The translations under genes were made by a program, and so were the position numbers. From the human T2T-CHM13v2.0 reference genome, Homo sapiens: 64,000 bases of DNA. Of this stretch, positions 42,714 through 56,979 are shown piece by piece (positions within the stretch are counted from its first letter, which is position 1; each line of letters begins with the position of its first letter). The stretch is from the NCBI RefSeq assembly GCF_009914755.1, contig NC_060948.1; one strand, written 5' to 3'. The notes under the pieces were generated by a model. The model was given only the letters and a program-made list of their open reading frames with translations, was not told the DNA's origin and searched no databases.

Positions 42714-45700
42714 GAATTAAATGGACTGGAATGGAATGGACTCGAACAGAGTGGAATGGAAAGTGTTGAGATAGAATGGAATGGACTCCTTTGGAATGGT
42801 GTAGTATGCAATGCAATCGACTGGCAGGGAATCAAAAGGAATGTAATGGAATGGATTGGAGTGGAATGCAATGGACAGGAATAGATTGGAAACGGAATGC
42901 AAAGGAATGGAATGGAATAGTATGGAATGGAATGGAAAGGAATGGAGTGGAATAGACTAGAGTGGAATGCAATGGACTGGAAAGCAATGGACTGGAATGG
43001 AACTTTCTTGAATGGACTGGAATCAAACGGAATGGAATGCAATGCAATCAAATGGCATGGAATAAAATAGAATGAAAGAGAATCAAATGGAATTGAATGG
43101 AATGGAATCGAATGGATTGGAAAGGAATAGAATGGAATGGAATGGAATGGACTCAAATGGAATGGACTAGAATGGAATGGATTCGAATGGAAGGCAAAGG
43201 AATGGAATCTATTGGAATGGACTGTAATGGAATGGAATGGAAGGGATTGGAATGGACTCGAATGGAATGGACTGCAATAGAAAGGATTCGAATGGAATGA
43301 AATAGAATTGAATGGAATAGAACAGAATGGAATCAAATCGAATGAAATGGAATGGAATAGAAAGGAATGGAATGAAATGGAATGGAAAGGATTCGAATGG
43401 AATGCAATCGAATGGAATGGAATCGAACGGAATGGAATAAAATGGAAGAAAACTGGCAAGAAATGGAATCGAAATGAATGGAGTGTTATGGAACGGACTC
43501 AAAAGGAATTGAATGTAATAGAATGGAGTGGAGTGGACTCGAATATAATGGACTGGAATGGAATGAAATCACATGGAATGGGAACGAATGGAATGGAATG
43601 GAAAGGAATGGAATCGAATGGAAAGGAATCGAATGGAAGGGAATGAAATTGAATCAACAGGAATGGAAGGGAATAGAATAGACGGTAATGGAATGGACTC
43701 GAATAGAATGGACACGAATGCTCAAATTGAATGGACTCGAATGGAATGGAAACGAAAGGAATGTCATCGAATGGAATTGAATCGATCGGAATGAAATCGC
43801 ATAGAATGGAGTGGAATCAAATGGAATTGAATCGAAAGGAAAGGAAGCGAATGGACTGAAATGAAATGGAATGGAATTGAATGGAAAGTAATGCAATGGA
43901 ATAGAATGGAACGAAATTTCACGGAATGGAATCAAACTGAATGGAATCAAATCAATGGAATCTAATCAAATGGAATGGAAAGGAATTGAATGGAGTAGAT
44001 TGGATTGGATGGGATTGGAATGAAATGTACTGGAAAGGACTCGAATTTCATGAAACGGAATGGAATGAATTGGAACGGAATGGACTCGAATGGAATGGAA
44101 TGTCATGGAATGGCATCAAATGGAATGGCATCAAATGGAATGGAATCGAATGCAATGGAATGCTATGGAATGGAATGGAATGCATTGGAATGGAATGTCC
44201 TCTAATGGAATGGATTCGAGTGGAATGGAATCGAATATAATGGAGTCGAATGAAATGGAATTGAAAGGAATGGGATCGAATACAATGGAATATACTGGAA
44301 TGTAATGTAATGAACTCGAATGTAATTGACTGGAATGGAATGTACATGAATGGAAGGTAATCGAATGGAAAGTAATCCAATGGAATAGAATCTAATGCAA
44401 TAAAACCGACTCAGATAGAGTAGAATGTAATGGAATGGAGTGCAGTGCAATGGAATGGAATGGAATTGAATTCAATGGAATGGAATGGAATGGAATGGAA
44501 TGGAATGGAATGGAATGGAATGGAATGGGATGGAATGGTATGGAATGGATAGTAATGGACTGGAGTGAAATGGACTGGAAAGGAATGGACTCAAATTGAA
44601 AGGGCTCGAAAGGAATGGAGTCAAATGGAATGGTCTGGAATGGAATGAACACGAATGTAATGCAATCCAATAGAATGGAATCGAATGGCATGGAATATAA
44701 AGAAATGGAATCGGAGGGAATGGAAACAAATGGAATGGAATTGAATGGAATGGAATTGAATGGAATGGGAACGAATGGAGTGAAATTGTATGCAGTAGAA
44801 GGGAATAGAATGGAATGCAAGCGAAAGGAAAGGAATGGATTGGAATGGAATGGAATTCATTGGAATGGAAGGGAATGTAGTGTAATGGACAGGCCTGGAA
44901 TAAAGTGGAATGCTACGGTCTCGAATGGAATAAAAATGTATGGAATGGAATGCAATGAAATGGAATCGAATGTCATAGAATGTAATGGAATGCAACAAAA
45001 TGGAATCCAAAATCATTGACTGGAAAGGCTGGGTGTCGAAAGGAATTGACTCCAATGGAATGGAATCGAATGGAATGGAAGTGAACAGAATCGAACTAAA
45101 TCGAATGGAATGGAATTGATAGGAACGGAATGGAAAGGAATGCAATGATTTGGCATGGAATGGAATCGAATGGCATCGAATGGAATGGAATGGAATGCAA
45201 TGGAATGGAATGTATTAGAATGTAATGAACTTTAATGGAATGTACTCGAATGGATTCGACTGGAATGGAATGTTCTGGAAGTGAATGGACTCCAATGGAA
45301 TGGATTCCAAAGGAATGGAATCGTACGGAATGGAATCTAATGGAATGGAATTAAATGGAAATGAATCAAATTGAATAGCACGGAATTGAATTGAATGGAA
45401 TGGAATGCAATGGAATCTAATGAAACGGAAAGGAAAGGAATGGAATGGAATGGAATGGGCTGGAATGGAAAGGAATCGAAACGAATGGAATGGAATCGAA
45501 CTGAAGAGACTGGAATGGAATGCACTGGAATGGAAGGGAGTGTAATGGAAGGTTCTCGAAAAAAATGGAATCGAATGGAATGGAATTGAATGGAACGGAA
45601 TAGAGTCGAATGGAATTGAATGGAATGGAATGGACTAGAGTGAAATGGAATCGAACCACAAGGAATGGACAGGAATAGAATGGTCTCGAATTGAATGGAA

Positions 45701-46287
45701 TCGTATGGAATGGCATCAAACGGAATGGAATGGACAGCCACGGAATGGAATGCACTCGAATGCAATGGAGTCGAAACTAATGGACTGGAATAGAATGGAC
45801 TCGACTGGTACGGACTCCAATGGAATGGAATCGAATGGAAGGGAATCGAACGGAATGGACTCGAAGGGAAAAGACTGCAATGGAAAGGTCTCGAATGGAA
45901 TGGAAATTAATGGAATGGAATGGAATCGAATGAAATGGAGTCAAAAGGAATGGAATCGAATGGCAAGAAATCGAATGTAATGGAATCGCAAGGAATTGAT
46001 GTGAACGGAACGGAATGGAATGGAATCCAAAGGAATGGAATAGAATGGAATGGAATCGAATGGAAAGGACTCGAATGGAAATCACTCGAATAGAATGCAA
46101 TTTAATAAAATAGGATCAAATGTAATGGAATGGAATGGAAAGGAATCGAAACGAAAGGAATGGAGACAGATGGAATGGAATGGAACAGAGAGCAATGGTA
46201 TAGAATGGAATGGAATCATCTGGAATGGAATTGAATGGAATGGAATAATATGAAATGGAATGGAATGGAATGGAATGGAATGCCCTT
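42714..46287 (+). repeat. unit 13 (3574 bp)
   Basis: Landmark at 42714 and 46288; 5' part resembles unit 11. Confidence 0.95.
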
Positions 46288-49200
46288 GAATTAAATGGAC
46301 TGGAATGGAATGGACTCGAACAGAGTGGAATGGAAAGTGTTGAGATAGAATGGAATGGACTCCTTTGGAATGGTGTAGTATGCAATGCAATCGACTGGCA
46401 GGGAATCAAAAGGAATGTAATCGAATGGATTGGACTGGAATGCAATGGACTCGAATAGATTGGAAACGGGATGCAAAGGAATGGAATGGAATAGTATGGA
46501 ATGGAATGGAAAGGAATGGAGTGGAATAGACTAGAGTGGAATGGAATGGACTGGAAAGCAATGGACTGGAATGGAACTTTCTTGAATGGACTGGAATCAA
46601 ACGGAATGGAATGCAATGCAATCAAATGGCATGGAATAAAATAGAATGAAAGAGAATCAAATGGAATTGAATGGAATGGAATCGAATGGATTGGAAAGGA
46701 ATAGAATGGAATGGAATGGAATGGACTCAAATGGAATGGACTAGAATGGAATGGATTCGAATGGAAGGCAAAGGAATGGAATCTATTGGAATGGACTGTA
46801 ATGGAATGGAATGGAAGGGATTGGAATGGACTCGAATGGAATGGACTGCAATAGAAAGGATTCGAATGGAATGAAAAAGAATTGAATGGAATAGAACAGA
46901 ATGGAATCAAATCGAATGAAATGAAATGGAATAGAAAGGAATGGAATGAAATGGAATGGAAAGGATTCGAATGGAATGCAATCGAATGGAATGGAATCGA
47001 ACGGAATGGAATAAAATGGAAGAAAACTGGCAAGAAATGGAATCGAAATGAATGGAGTGTTATGGAACGGACTCAAAAGGAATTGAATGTAATAGAATGG
47101 AGTGGAGTGGACTCGAATATAATGGACTGGAATGGAATGAAATCACATGGAATGGGAACGAATGGAATGGAATGGAAAGGAATGGAATCGAATGGAAAGG
47201 AATCGAATGGAAGGGAATGAAATTGAATCAACAGGAATGGAAGGGAATAGAATAGACGGTAATGGAATGGACTCGAATAGAATGGACACGAATGCTCAAA
47301 TTGAATGGACTCGAATGGAATGGAAACGAAAGGAATGTCATCGAATGGAATTGAATCGATTGCAATGAAATCGCATAGAATGGAGTGGAATCAAATGGAA
47401 TTGAATCGAAAGGAAAGGAAGCGAATGGACTGAAATGAAATGGAATGGAATTGAATGGAAAGTAATGCAATGGAATAGAATGGAACGAAATTTCACGGAA
47501 TGGAATCAAACTGAATGGAATCAAATCAATGGAATCTAATCAAATGGAATGGAAAGGAATTGAATGGAGTAGATTGGATTGGATGGGATTGGAATGAAAT
47601 GTACTGGAAAGGACTCGAATTTCATGAAACGGAATGGAATGAATTGGAACGGAATGGACTCGAATGGAATGGAATGTCATGGAATGGCATCAAATGGAAT
47701 GGCATCAAATGGAATGGAATCGAATGCAATGGAATGCTATGGAATGGAATGGAATGCATTGGAATGGAATGTCCTCTAATGGAATGGATTCGAGTGGAAT
47801 GGAATCGAATATAATGGAGTCGAATGAAATGGAATTGAAAGGAATGGGATCGAATACAATGGAATATACTGGAATGTAATGTAATGAACTCGAATGTAAT
47901 TGACTGGAATGGAATGTACATGAATGGAAGGTAATCGAATGGAAAGTAATCCAATGGAATAGAATCTAATGCAATAAAACCGACTGAGATAGAGTAGAAT
48001 GTAATGGAATGGAGTGCAGTGCAATGGAATGGAATGGAATGGAATGCAATGGAATGGAATGGAATGGAATGGAATGGAATGGAATGGAATGGAATGGGAT
48101 GGAATGGTATGGAATGGATAGTAATGGACTGGAGTGAAATGGACTGGAAAGGAATGGACTCAAATTGAAAGGGCTCGAAAGGAATGGAGTCAAATGGAAT
48201 GGTCTGGAATGGAATGAACACGAATGTAATGCAATCCAATAGAATGGAATCGAATGGCATGGAATATAAAGAAATGGAATCGGAGGGAATGGAAACAAAT
48301 GGAATGGAATTGAATGGAATGGAATTGAATGGAATGGGAACGAATGGAGTGAAATTGTATGCAGTAGAAGGGAATAGAATGGAATGCAAGCGAAAGGAAA
48401 GGAATGGATTGGAATGGAATGGAATTCATTGGAATGGAAGGGAATGTAGTGTAATGGACAGGCCTGGAATAAAGTGGAATGCTACGGTCTCGAATGGAAT
48501 AAAAATGTATGGAATGGAATGCAATGAAATGGAATCGAATGTCATAGAATGTAATGGAATGCAACAAAATGGAATCCAAAATCATTGACTGGAAAGGCTG
48601 GGTGTCGAAAGGAATTGACTCCAATGGAATGGAATCGAATGGAATGGAAGTGAATAGAATCGAACTAAATCGAATGGAATGGAATTGATAGGAACGGAAT
48701 GGAAAGGAATGCAATGATTTGGCATGGAATGGAATCGAATGGCATCGAATGGAATGGAATGGAATGCAATGGAATGGAATGTATTAGAATGTAATGAACT
48801 TTAATGGAATGTACTCGAATGGATTCGACTGGAATGGAATGTTCTGGAAGTGAATGGACTCCAATGGAATGGATTCCAAAGGAATGGAATCGTACGGAAT
48901 GGAATGTAATGGAATGGAATTAAATGGAAATGAATCAAATTGAATAGCACGGAATTGAATTGAATGGAATGGAATGCAATGGAATCTAATGAAACGGAAA
49001 GGAAAGGAATGGAATGGAATGGAATGGGCTGGAATGGAAAGGAATCGAAACGAATGGAATGGAATCGAACTGAAGAGACTGGAATGGAATGCACTGGAAT
49101 GGAAGGGAGTGTAATGGAAGGTTCTCGAAAAAAATGGAATCGAATGGAATGGAATTGAATGGAACGGAATAGAGTCGAATGGAATTGAATGGAATGGAAT

Positions 49201-49856
49201 GGACTAGAGTGAAATGGAATCGAACCACAAGGAATGGACAGGAATAGAATGGTCTCGAATTGAATGGAATCGTATGGAATGGCATCAAACGGAATGGAAT
49301 GGACAGCCACGGAATGGAATGCACTCGAATGCAATGGAGTCGAAACTAATGGACTGGAATAGAATGGACTCGACTGGTACGGACTCCAATGGAATGGAAT
49401 CGAATGGAAGGGAATCGAACGGAATGGACTCGAAGGGAAAAGACTGCAATGGAAAGGTCTCGAATGGAATGGAAATTAATGGAATGGAATGGAATCGAAT
49501 GAAATGGAGTCAAAAGAAATGGAATCGAATGGCAAGAAATCGAATGTAATGGAATCGCAAGGAATTGATGTGAACGGAACGGAATGGAATGGAATCCAAA
49601 GGAATGGAATAGAATGGAATGGAATCGAATGGAAAGGACTCGAATGGAAATCACTCGAATAGAATGCAATTTAATAAAATAGGATCAAATGTAATGGAAT
49701 GGAATGGAAAGGAATCGAAACGAAAGGAATGGAGACAGATGGAATGGAATGGAACAGAGAGCAATGGTATAGAATGGAATGGAATCATCTGGAATGGAAT
49801 TGAATGGAATGGAATAATATGAAATGGAATGGAATGGAATGGAATGGAATGCCCTT
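46288..49856 (+). repeat. unit 14 (3569 bp)
   Basis: Landmark at 46288 and 49857; CGGGATGC and GATTGCAATG as in units 5/10, but GGTGTAGT. Confidence 0.95.
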
Positions 49857-52800
49857 GAATTAAATGGACTGGACTCGAACAGAGTGGAATGGAAAGTGTT
49901 GAGATAGAATGGAATGGACTCCTTTGGAATGGTGTAGTATGCAATGCAATCGACTGGCAGGGAATCAAAAGGAATGTAATCGAATGGATTGGACTGGAAT
50001 GCAATGGACTCGAATAGATTGGAAACGGAATGCAAAGGAATGGAATGGAATAGTATGGAATGGAATGGAAAGGAATGGAGTGGAATAGACTAGAGTGGAA
50101 TGGAATGGACTGGAAAGCAATGGACTGGAATGGAACTTTCTTGAATGGACTGGAATCAAACGGAATGGAATGCAATACAATCAAATGGCATGGAATAAAG
50201 TAGAATGAAAGAGAATCAAATGGAATTGAATCGAATGGAATCGAATGGATTGGAAAGGAATAGAATGGAATGGAATGGAATGGACTCAAATGGAATGGAC
50301 TAGAATGGAATGGATTCGAATGGAAGGCAAAGGAATGGAATCTATTGGAATGGACTGTAATGGAATGGAATGGAAGGGATTGGAATGGACTCGAATGGAA
50401 TGGACGGCAATAGAAAGGATTCGAATGGAATGAAAAAGAATTGAATGGAATAGAACAGAATGGAATCAAATCGAATGAAATGGAATGGAATAGAAAGGAA
50501 TGGAATGAAATGGAATGGAAAGGATTCGAATGGAATGCAATCGAATGGAATGGAATCGAACGGAATGGAATAAAATGGAAGAAAACTGGCAAGAAATGGA
50601 ATCGAAATGAATGGAGTGTTATGGAACGGACTCAAAAGGAATTGAATGTAATAGAATGGAGTGGAGTGGACTCGAATATAATGGACTGGAATGGAATGAA
50701 ATCACATGGAATGGGAACGAATGGAATGGAATGGAAAGGAATGGAATCGAATGGAAAGGAATCGAATGGAAGGGAATGAAATTGAATCAACAGGAATGGA
50801 AGGGAATAGAATAGACGGTAATGGAATGGACTCGAATAGAATGGACACGAATGCTCAAATTGAATGGACTCGTATGGAATGGAAATGAAAGGAATGTCAT
50901 CGAATGGAATTGAATCGATTGGAATGAAATCGCATAGAATGGAGTGGAATCAAATGGAATTGAATCGAAAGGAAAGGAAGCGAATGGACTGAAATGAAAT
51001 GGAATGGAATTGAATGGAAAGTAATGCAATGGAATAGAATGGAACGAAATTTCACGGAATGGAATCAAACTGAATGGAATCAAATCAATGGAATCAAATC
51101 AAATGGAATGGAAAGGAATTGAATGGAGTAGATTGGATTGGATGGGATTGGAATGAAATGTACTGGAAAGGACTCGAATTTCATGAAACGGAATGGAATG
51201 AATTGGAACGGAATGGACTCGAATGGAATGGAATGTCATGGAATGGCATCAAATGGAATGGCATCAAATGGAATGGAATCGAATGCAATGGAATGCTATG
51301 GAATGGAATGGAATGCATTGGAATGGAATGTCCTCTAATGGAATGGATTCGAGTGGAATGGAATCGAATATAATGGAGTCGAATGAAATGGAATTGAAAG
51401 GAATGGGATCGAATACAATGGAATATACTGGAATGTAATGTAATGAACTCGAATGTAATTGACTGGAATGGAATGTACATGAATGGAATGTAATCGAATG
51501 GAAAGTAATCCAATGGAATAGAATCTAATGCAATAAAACCGACACAGATAGAGTAGAATGTAATGGAATGGAGTGCAGTGCAATGGAAGGGAATGGAATT
51601 GAATGCAATGGAATGGAATGGAATGGAATGGAATGGAATGGAATGGAATGGAATGGAATGGGATGGAATGGTATGGAATGGATAGTAATGGACTGGAGTG
51701 AAATGGACTGGAAAGGAATGGACTCAAATTGAAAGGGCTCGAAAGGAATGGAGTCAAATGGAATGGTCTGGAATGGAATGAACACGAATGTAATGCAATC
51801 CAATAGAATGGAATCGAATGGCATGGAATATAAAGAAATGGAATCGAAGAGAATGGAAACAAATGGAATGGAATTGAATGGAATGGAATTGAATGGAATG
51901 GGAACGAATGGAGTGAAATTGTATGCAGTAGAAGGGAATAGAATGGAATGCAAGCGAAAGGAAAGGAATGGATTGGAATGGAATGGAATTCATTGGAATG
52001 GAAGGGAATGTAGTGTAATGGACAGGCCTGGAATAAAGTGGAATGCTACGGTCTCGAATGGAATAAAAATCTATGGAATGGAATGCAATGAAACGGAATC
52101 GAATGTCATAGAATGTAATGGAATGCAAAAAAATGGAATCCAAAATCATTGACTGGAAAGGCTGGGTGTCGAAAGGAATTGACTCCAATGGAATGGAATC
52201 GAATGGAATGGAAGTGAATAGAATCGAACTAAATCGAATGGAATGGAATTGATAGGAACGGAATGGAAAGGAATGCAATGATTTGGCATGGAATGGAATC
52301 GAATGGCATCGAATGGAATGGAATGGAATGCAATGGAATGGAATGTATTAGAATGTAATGAACTTTAATGGAATGTACTCGAATGGATTCGACTGGAATG
52401 GAATGTTCTGGAAGTGAATGGACTCCAATGGAATGGATTCCAAAGGAATGGAATCGTACGGAATGGAATCTAATGGAATGGAATTAAATGGAAATGAATC
52501 AAATTGAATAGCACGGAATTGAATTGAATGGAATGGAATGCAATGGAATCTAATGAAACGGAAAGGAAAGGAATGGAATGGAATGGAATGGGCTGGAATG
52601 GAAAGGAATCGAAACGAATGGAATGGAATCGAACTGAAGAGACTGGAATGGAATGCACTGGAATGGAAGGGAGTGTAATGGAAGGTTCTCGAAAAAAATG
52701 GAATCGAATGGAATGGAATTGAATGGAACGGAATAGAGTCGAATGGAATTGAATGGAATGGAATGGACTAGAGTGAAATGGAATCGAACCACAAGGAATG

Positions 52801-53420
52801 GACAGGAATAGAATGGTCTCGAATTGAATGGAATCGTATGGAATGGCATCAAACGGAATGGAATGGACAGCCACGGAATGGAATGCACTCGAATGCAATG
52901 GAGTCGAAACTAATGGACTGGAATAGAATGGACTCGACTGGTACGGACTCCAATGGAATGGAATCGAATGGAAGGGAATCGAACGGAATGGACTCGAAGG
53001 GAAAAGACTGCAATGGAAAGGTCTCGAATGGAATGGAAATTAATGGAATCGAATGGAATCGAATGAAATGGAGTCAAAAGGAATGGAATCGAATGGCAAG
53101 AAATCGAATGTAATGGAATCGCAAGGAATTGATGTGAACGGAACGGAATGGAATGGAATCCAAAGGAATGGAATAGAATGGAATGGAATCGAATGGAAAG
53201 GACTCGAATGGCAATCACTCGAATAGAATGCAATTTAATAAAATAGGATCAAATGTAATGGAATGGAATGGAAAGGAATCGAAACGAAAGGAATGGAGAC
53301 AGATGGAATGGAATGGAACAGAGAGCAATGGTATAGAATGGAATGGAATCATCTGGAATGGAATTGAATGGAATGGAATAATATGAAATGGAATGGAATG
53401 GAATGGAATGGAATGCCCTT
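49857..53420 (+). repeat. unit 15 (3564 bp)
   Basis: Landmark at 49857 and 53421; 5' 10 bp deletion; 3' end like units 4/9. Confidence 0.95.
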
Positions 53421-56400
53421 GAATTAAATGGACTGGAATGGAATGGACTCGAACAGAGTGGAATGGAAAGTGTTGAGATAGAATGGAATGGACTCCTTTG
53501 GAATGGTCTAGTATGCAATGCAATCGACTGGCAGGGAATCAAAAGGAATGTAATCGAATGGATTGGACTGGAATGCAATGGACTCGAATAGATTGGAAAC
53601 GGGATGCAAAGGAATGGAATGGAATAGTATGGAATGGAATGGAAAGGAATTGAGTGGAATAGACTAGAGTGGAATGGAATGGACTGGAAAGCAATGGACT
53701 GGAATGGAACTTTCTTGAATGGACTGGAATCAAACGGAATGGAATGCAATGCAATCAAATGGCATGGAATAAAATAGAATGAAAGAGAATCAAATGGAAT
53801 TGAATCGAATGGAATCGAATGGATTGGAAAGGAATAGAATGGAATGGAATGGAATGGACTCAAATGGAATGGACTAGAATGGAATGGATTCGAATGGAAG
53901 GCAAAGGAATGGAATCTATTGGAATGGACTGTAATGGAATGGAATGGAAGGGATTGGAATGGACTCGAATGGAATGGACTGCAATAGAAAGGATTCGAAT
54001 GGAATGAAATAGAATTGAATGGAATAGAACAGAATGGAATCAAATCGAATGAAATGGAATGGAATAGAAAGGAATGGAATGAAATGGAATGGAAAGGATT
54101 CGAATGGAATGCAATCGAATGGAATGGAATCGAACGGAATGGAATAAAATGGAAGAAAACTGGCAAGAAATGGAATCGAAATGAATGGAGTGTTATGGAA
54201 CGGACTCAAAAGGAATTGAATGTAATAGAATGGAGTGGAGTGGACTCGAATATAATGGACTGGAATGGAATGAAATCACATGGAATGGGAACGAATGGAA
54301 TGGAATGGAAAGGAATGGAATCGAATGGAAAGGAATCGAATGGAAGGGAATGAAATTGAATCAACAGGAATGGAAGGGAATAGAATAGACGGTAATGGAA
54401 TGGACTCGAATAGAATGGACACGAATGCTCAAATTGAATGGACTCGAATGGAATGGAAACGAAAGGAATGTCATCGAATGGAATTGAATCGATTGGAATG
54501 AAATCGCATAGAATGGAGTGGAATCAAATGGAATTGAATCGAAAGGAAAGGAAGCGAATGGACTGAAATGAAATGGAATGGAATTGAATGGAAAGTAATG
54601 CAATGGAATAGAATGGAACGAAATTTCACGGAATGGAATCAAACTGAATGGAATCAAATCAATGGAATCTAATCAAATGGAATGGAAAGGAATTGAATGG
54701 AGTAGATTGGATTGGATGGGATTGGAATGAAATGTACTGGAAAGGACTCGAATTTCATGAAACGGAATGGAATGAATTGGAACGGAATGGACTCGAATGG
54801 AATGGAATGTCATGGAATGGCATCAAATGGAATGGCATCAAATGGAATGGAATCGAATGCAATGGAATGCTATGGAATGGAATGGAATGCATTGGAATGG
54901 AATGTCCTCTAATGGAATGGATTCGAGTGGAATGGAATCGAATATAATGGAGTCGAATGAAATGGAATTGAAAGGAATGGGATCGAATACAATGGAATAT
55001 ACTGGAATGTAATGTAATGAACTCGAATGTAATTGACTGGAATGGAATGTACATGAATGGAAGGTAATCGAATGGAAAGTAATCCAATGGAATAGAATCT
55101 AATGCAATAAAACCGACTGAGATAGAGTAGAATGTAATGGAATGGAGTGCAGTGCAATGGAATGGAATGGAATTGAATGCAATGGAATGGAATGGAATGG
55201 AATGGAATGGAATGGAATGGGATGGAATGGTATGGAATGGATAGTAATGGACTGGAGTGAAATGGACTGGAAAGGAATGGACTCAAATTGAAAGGGCTCG
55301 AAAGGAATGGAGTCAAATGGAATGGTCTGGAATGGAATGAACACGAATGTAATGCAATCCAATAGAATGGAATCGAATGGCATGGAATATAAAGAAATGG
55401 AATCGGAGGGAATGGAAACAAATGGAATGGAATTGAATGGAATGGAATTGAATGGAATGGGAACGAATGGAGTGAAATTGTATGCAGTAGAAGGGAATAG
55501 AATGGAATGCAAGCGAAAGGAAAGGAATGGATTGGAATGGAATGGAATTCATTGGAATGGAAGGGAATGTAGTGTAATGGACAGGCCTGGAATAAAGTGG
55601 AATGCTACGGTCTCGAATGGAATAAAAATGTATGGATTGGAATGCAATGAAATGGAATCGAATGTCATAGAATGTAATGGAATGCAACAAAATGGAATCC
55701 AAAATCATTGACTGGAAAGGCTGGGTGTCGAAAGGAATTGACTCCAATGGAATGGAATCGAATGGAATGGAAGTGAATAGAATCGAACTAAATCGAATGG
55801 AATGGAATTGATAGGAACGGAATGGAAAGGAATGCAATGATTTGGCATGGAATGGAATCGAATGGCATCGAATGGAATGGAATGGAATGCAATGGAATGG
55901 AATGTATTAGAATGTAATGAACTTTAATGGAATGTACTCGAATGGATTCGACTGGAATGGAATGTTCTGGAAGTGAATGGACTCCAATGGAATGGATTCC
56001 AAAGGAATGGAATCGTACGGAATGGAATCTAATGGAATGGAATTAAATGGAAATGAATCAAATTGAATAGCATGGAATTGAATTGAATGGAATGGAATGC
56101 AATGGAATCTAATGAAACGGAAAGGAAAGGAATGGAATGGAATGGAATGGGCTGGAATGGAAAGGAATCGAAACGAATGGAATGGAATCGAACTGAAGAG
56201 ACTGGAATGGAATGCACTGGAATGGAAGGGAGTGTAATGGAAGGTTCTCGAAAAAAATGGAATCGAATGGAATGGAATTGAATGGAACGGAATAGAGTCG
56301 AATGGAATTGAATGGAATGGAATGGACTAGAGTGAAATGGAATCGAACCACAAGGAATGGAGAGGAATAGAATGGTCTCGAATTGAATGGAATCGTATGG

Positions 56401-56979
56401 AATGGCATCAAACGGAATGGAATGGACAGCCACGGAATGGAATGCACTCGAATGCAATGGAGTCGAAACGAATGGACTGGAATAGAATGGACTCGACTGG
56501 TACGGACTCCAATGGAATGGAATCGAATGGAAGGGAATCGAACGGAATGGACTCGAAGGGAAAAGACTGCAATGGAAAGGTCTCGAATGGAATGGAAATT
56601 AATGGAATGGAATGGAATCGAATGAAATGGAGTCAAAAGGAATGGAATCGAATGGCAAGAAATCGAATGTAATGGAATCGCAAGGAATTGATGTGAACGG
56701 AACGGAATGGAATGGAATCCAAAGGAATGGAATAGAATGGAATGGAATCGAATGGAAAGGACTCGAATGGAAATCACTCGAATAGAATGCAATTTAATAA
56801 AATAGGATCAAATGTAATGGAATGGAATGGAAAGGAATCGAAACGAAAGGAATGGAGACAGATGGAATGGAATGGAACAGAGAGCAATGGTATAGAATGG
56901 AATGGAATCATCTGGAATGGAATTGAATGGAATGGAATAATATGAAATGGAATGGAATGGAATGGAATGGAATGCCCTT
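53421..56979 (+). repeat. unit 16 (3559 bp)
   Basis: Landmark at 53421 and 56980; starts with the unit 5/10 markers GGTCTAGT and CGGGATGC. Confidence 0.95.

Noticed and set aside
49651-50592. Longest ORFs (313 aa here; 305 aa in several units)
   Set aside because: Their length changes with 5-10 bp indels that shift the frame freely between units, so there is no sign of coding constraint.
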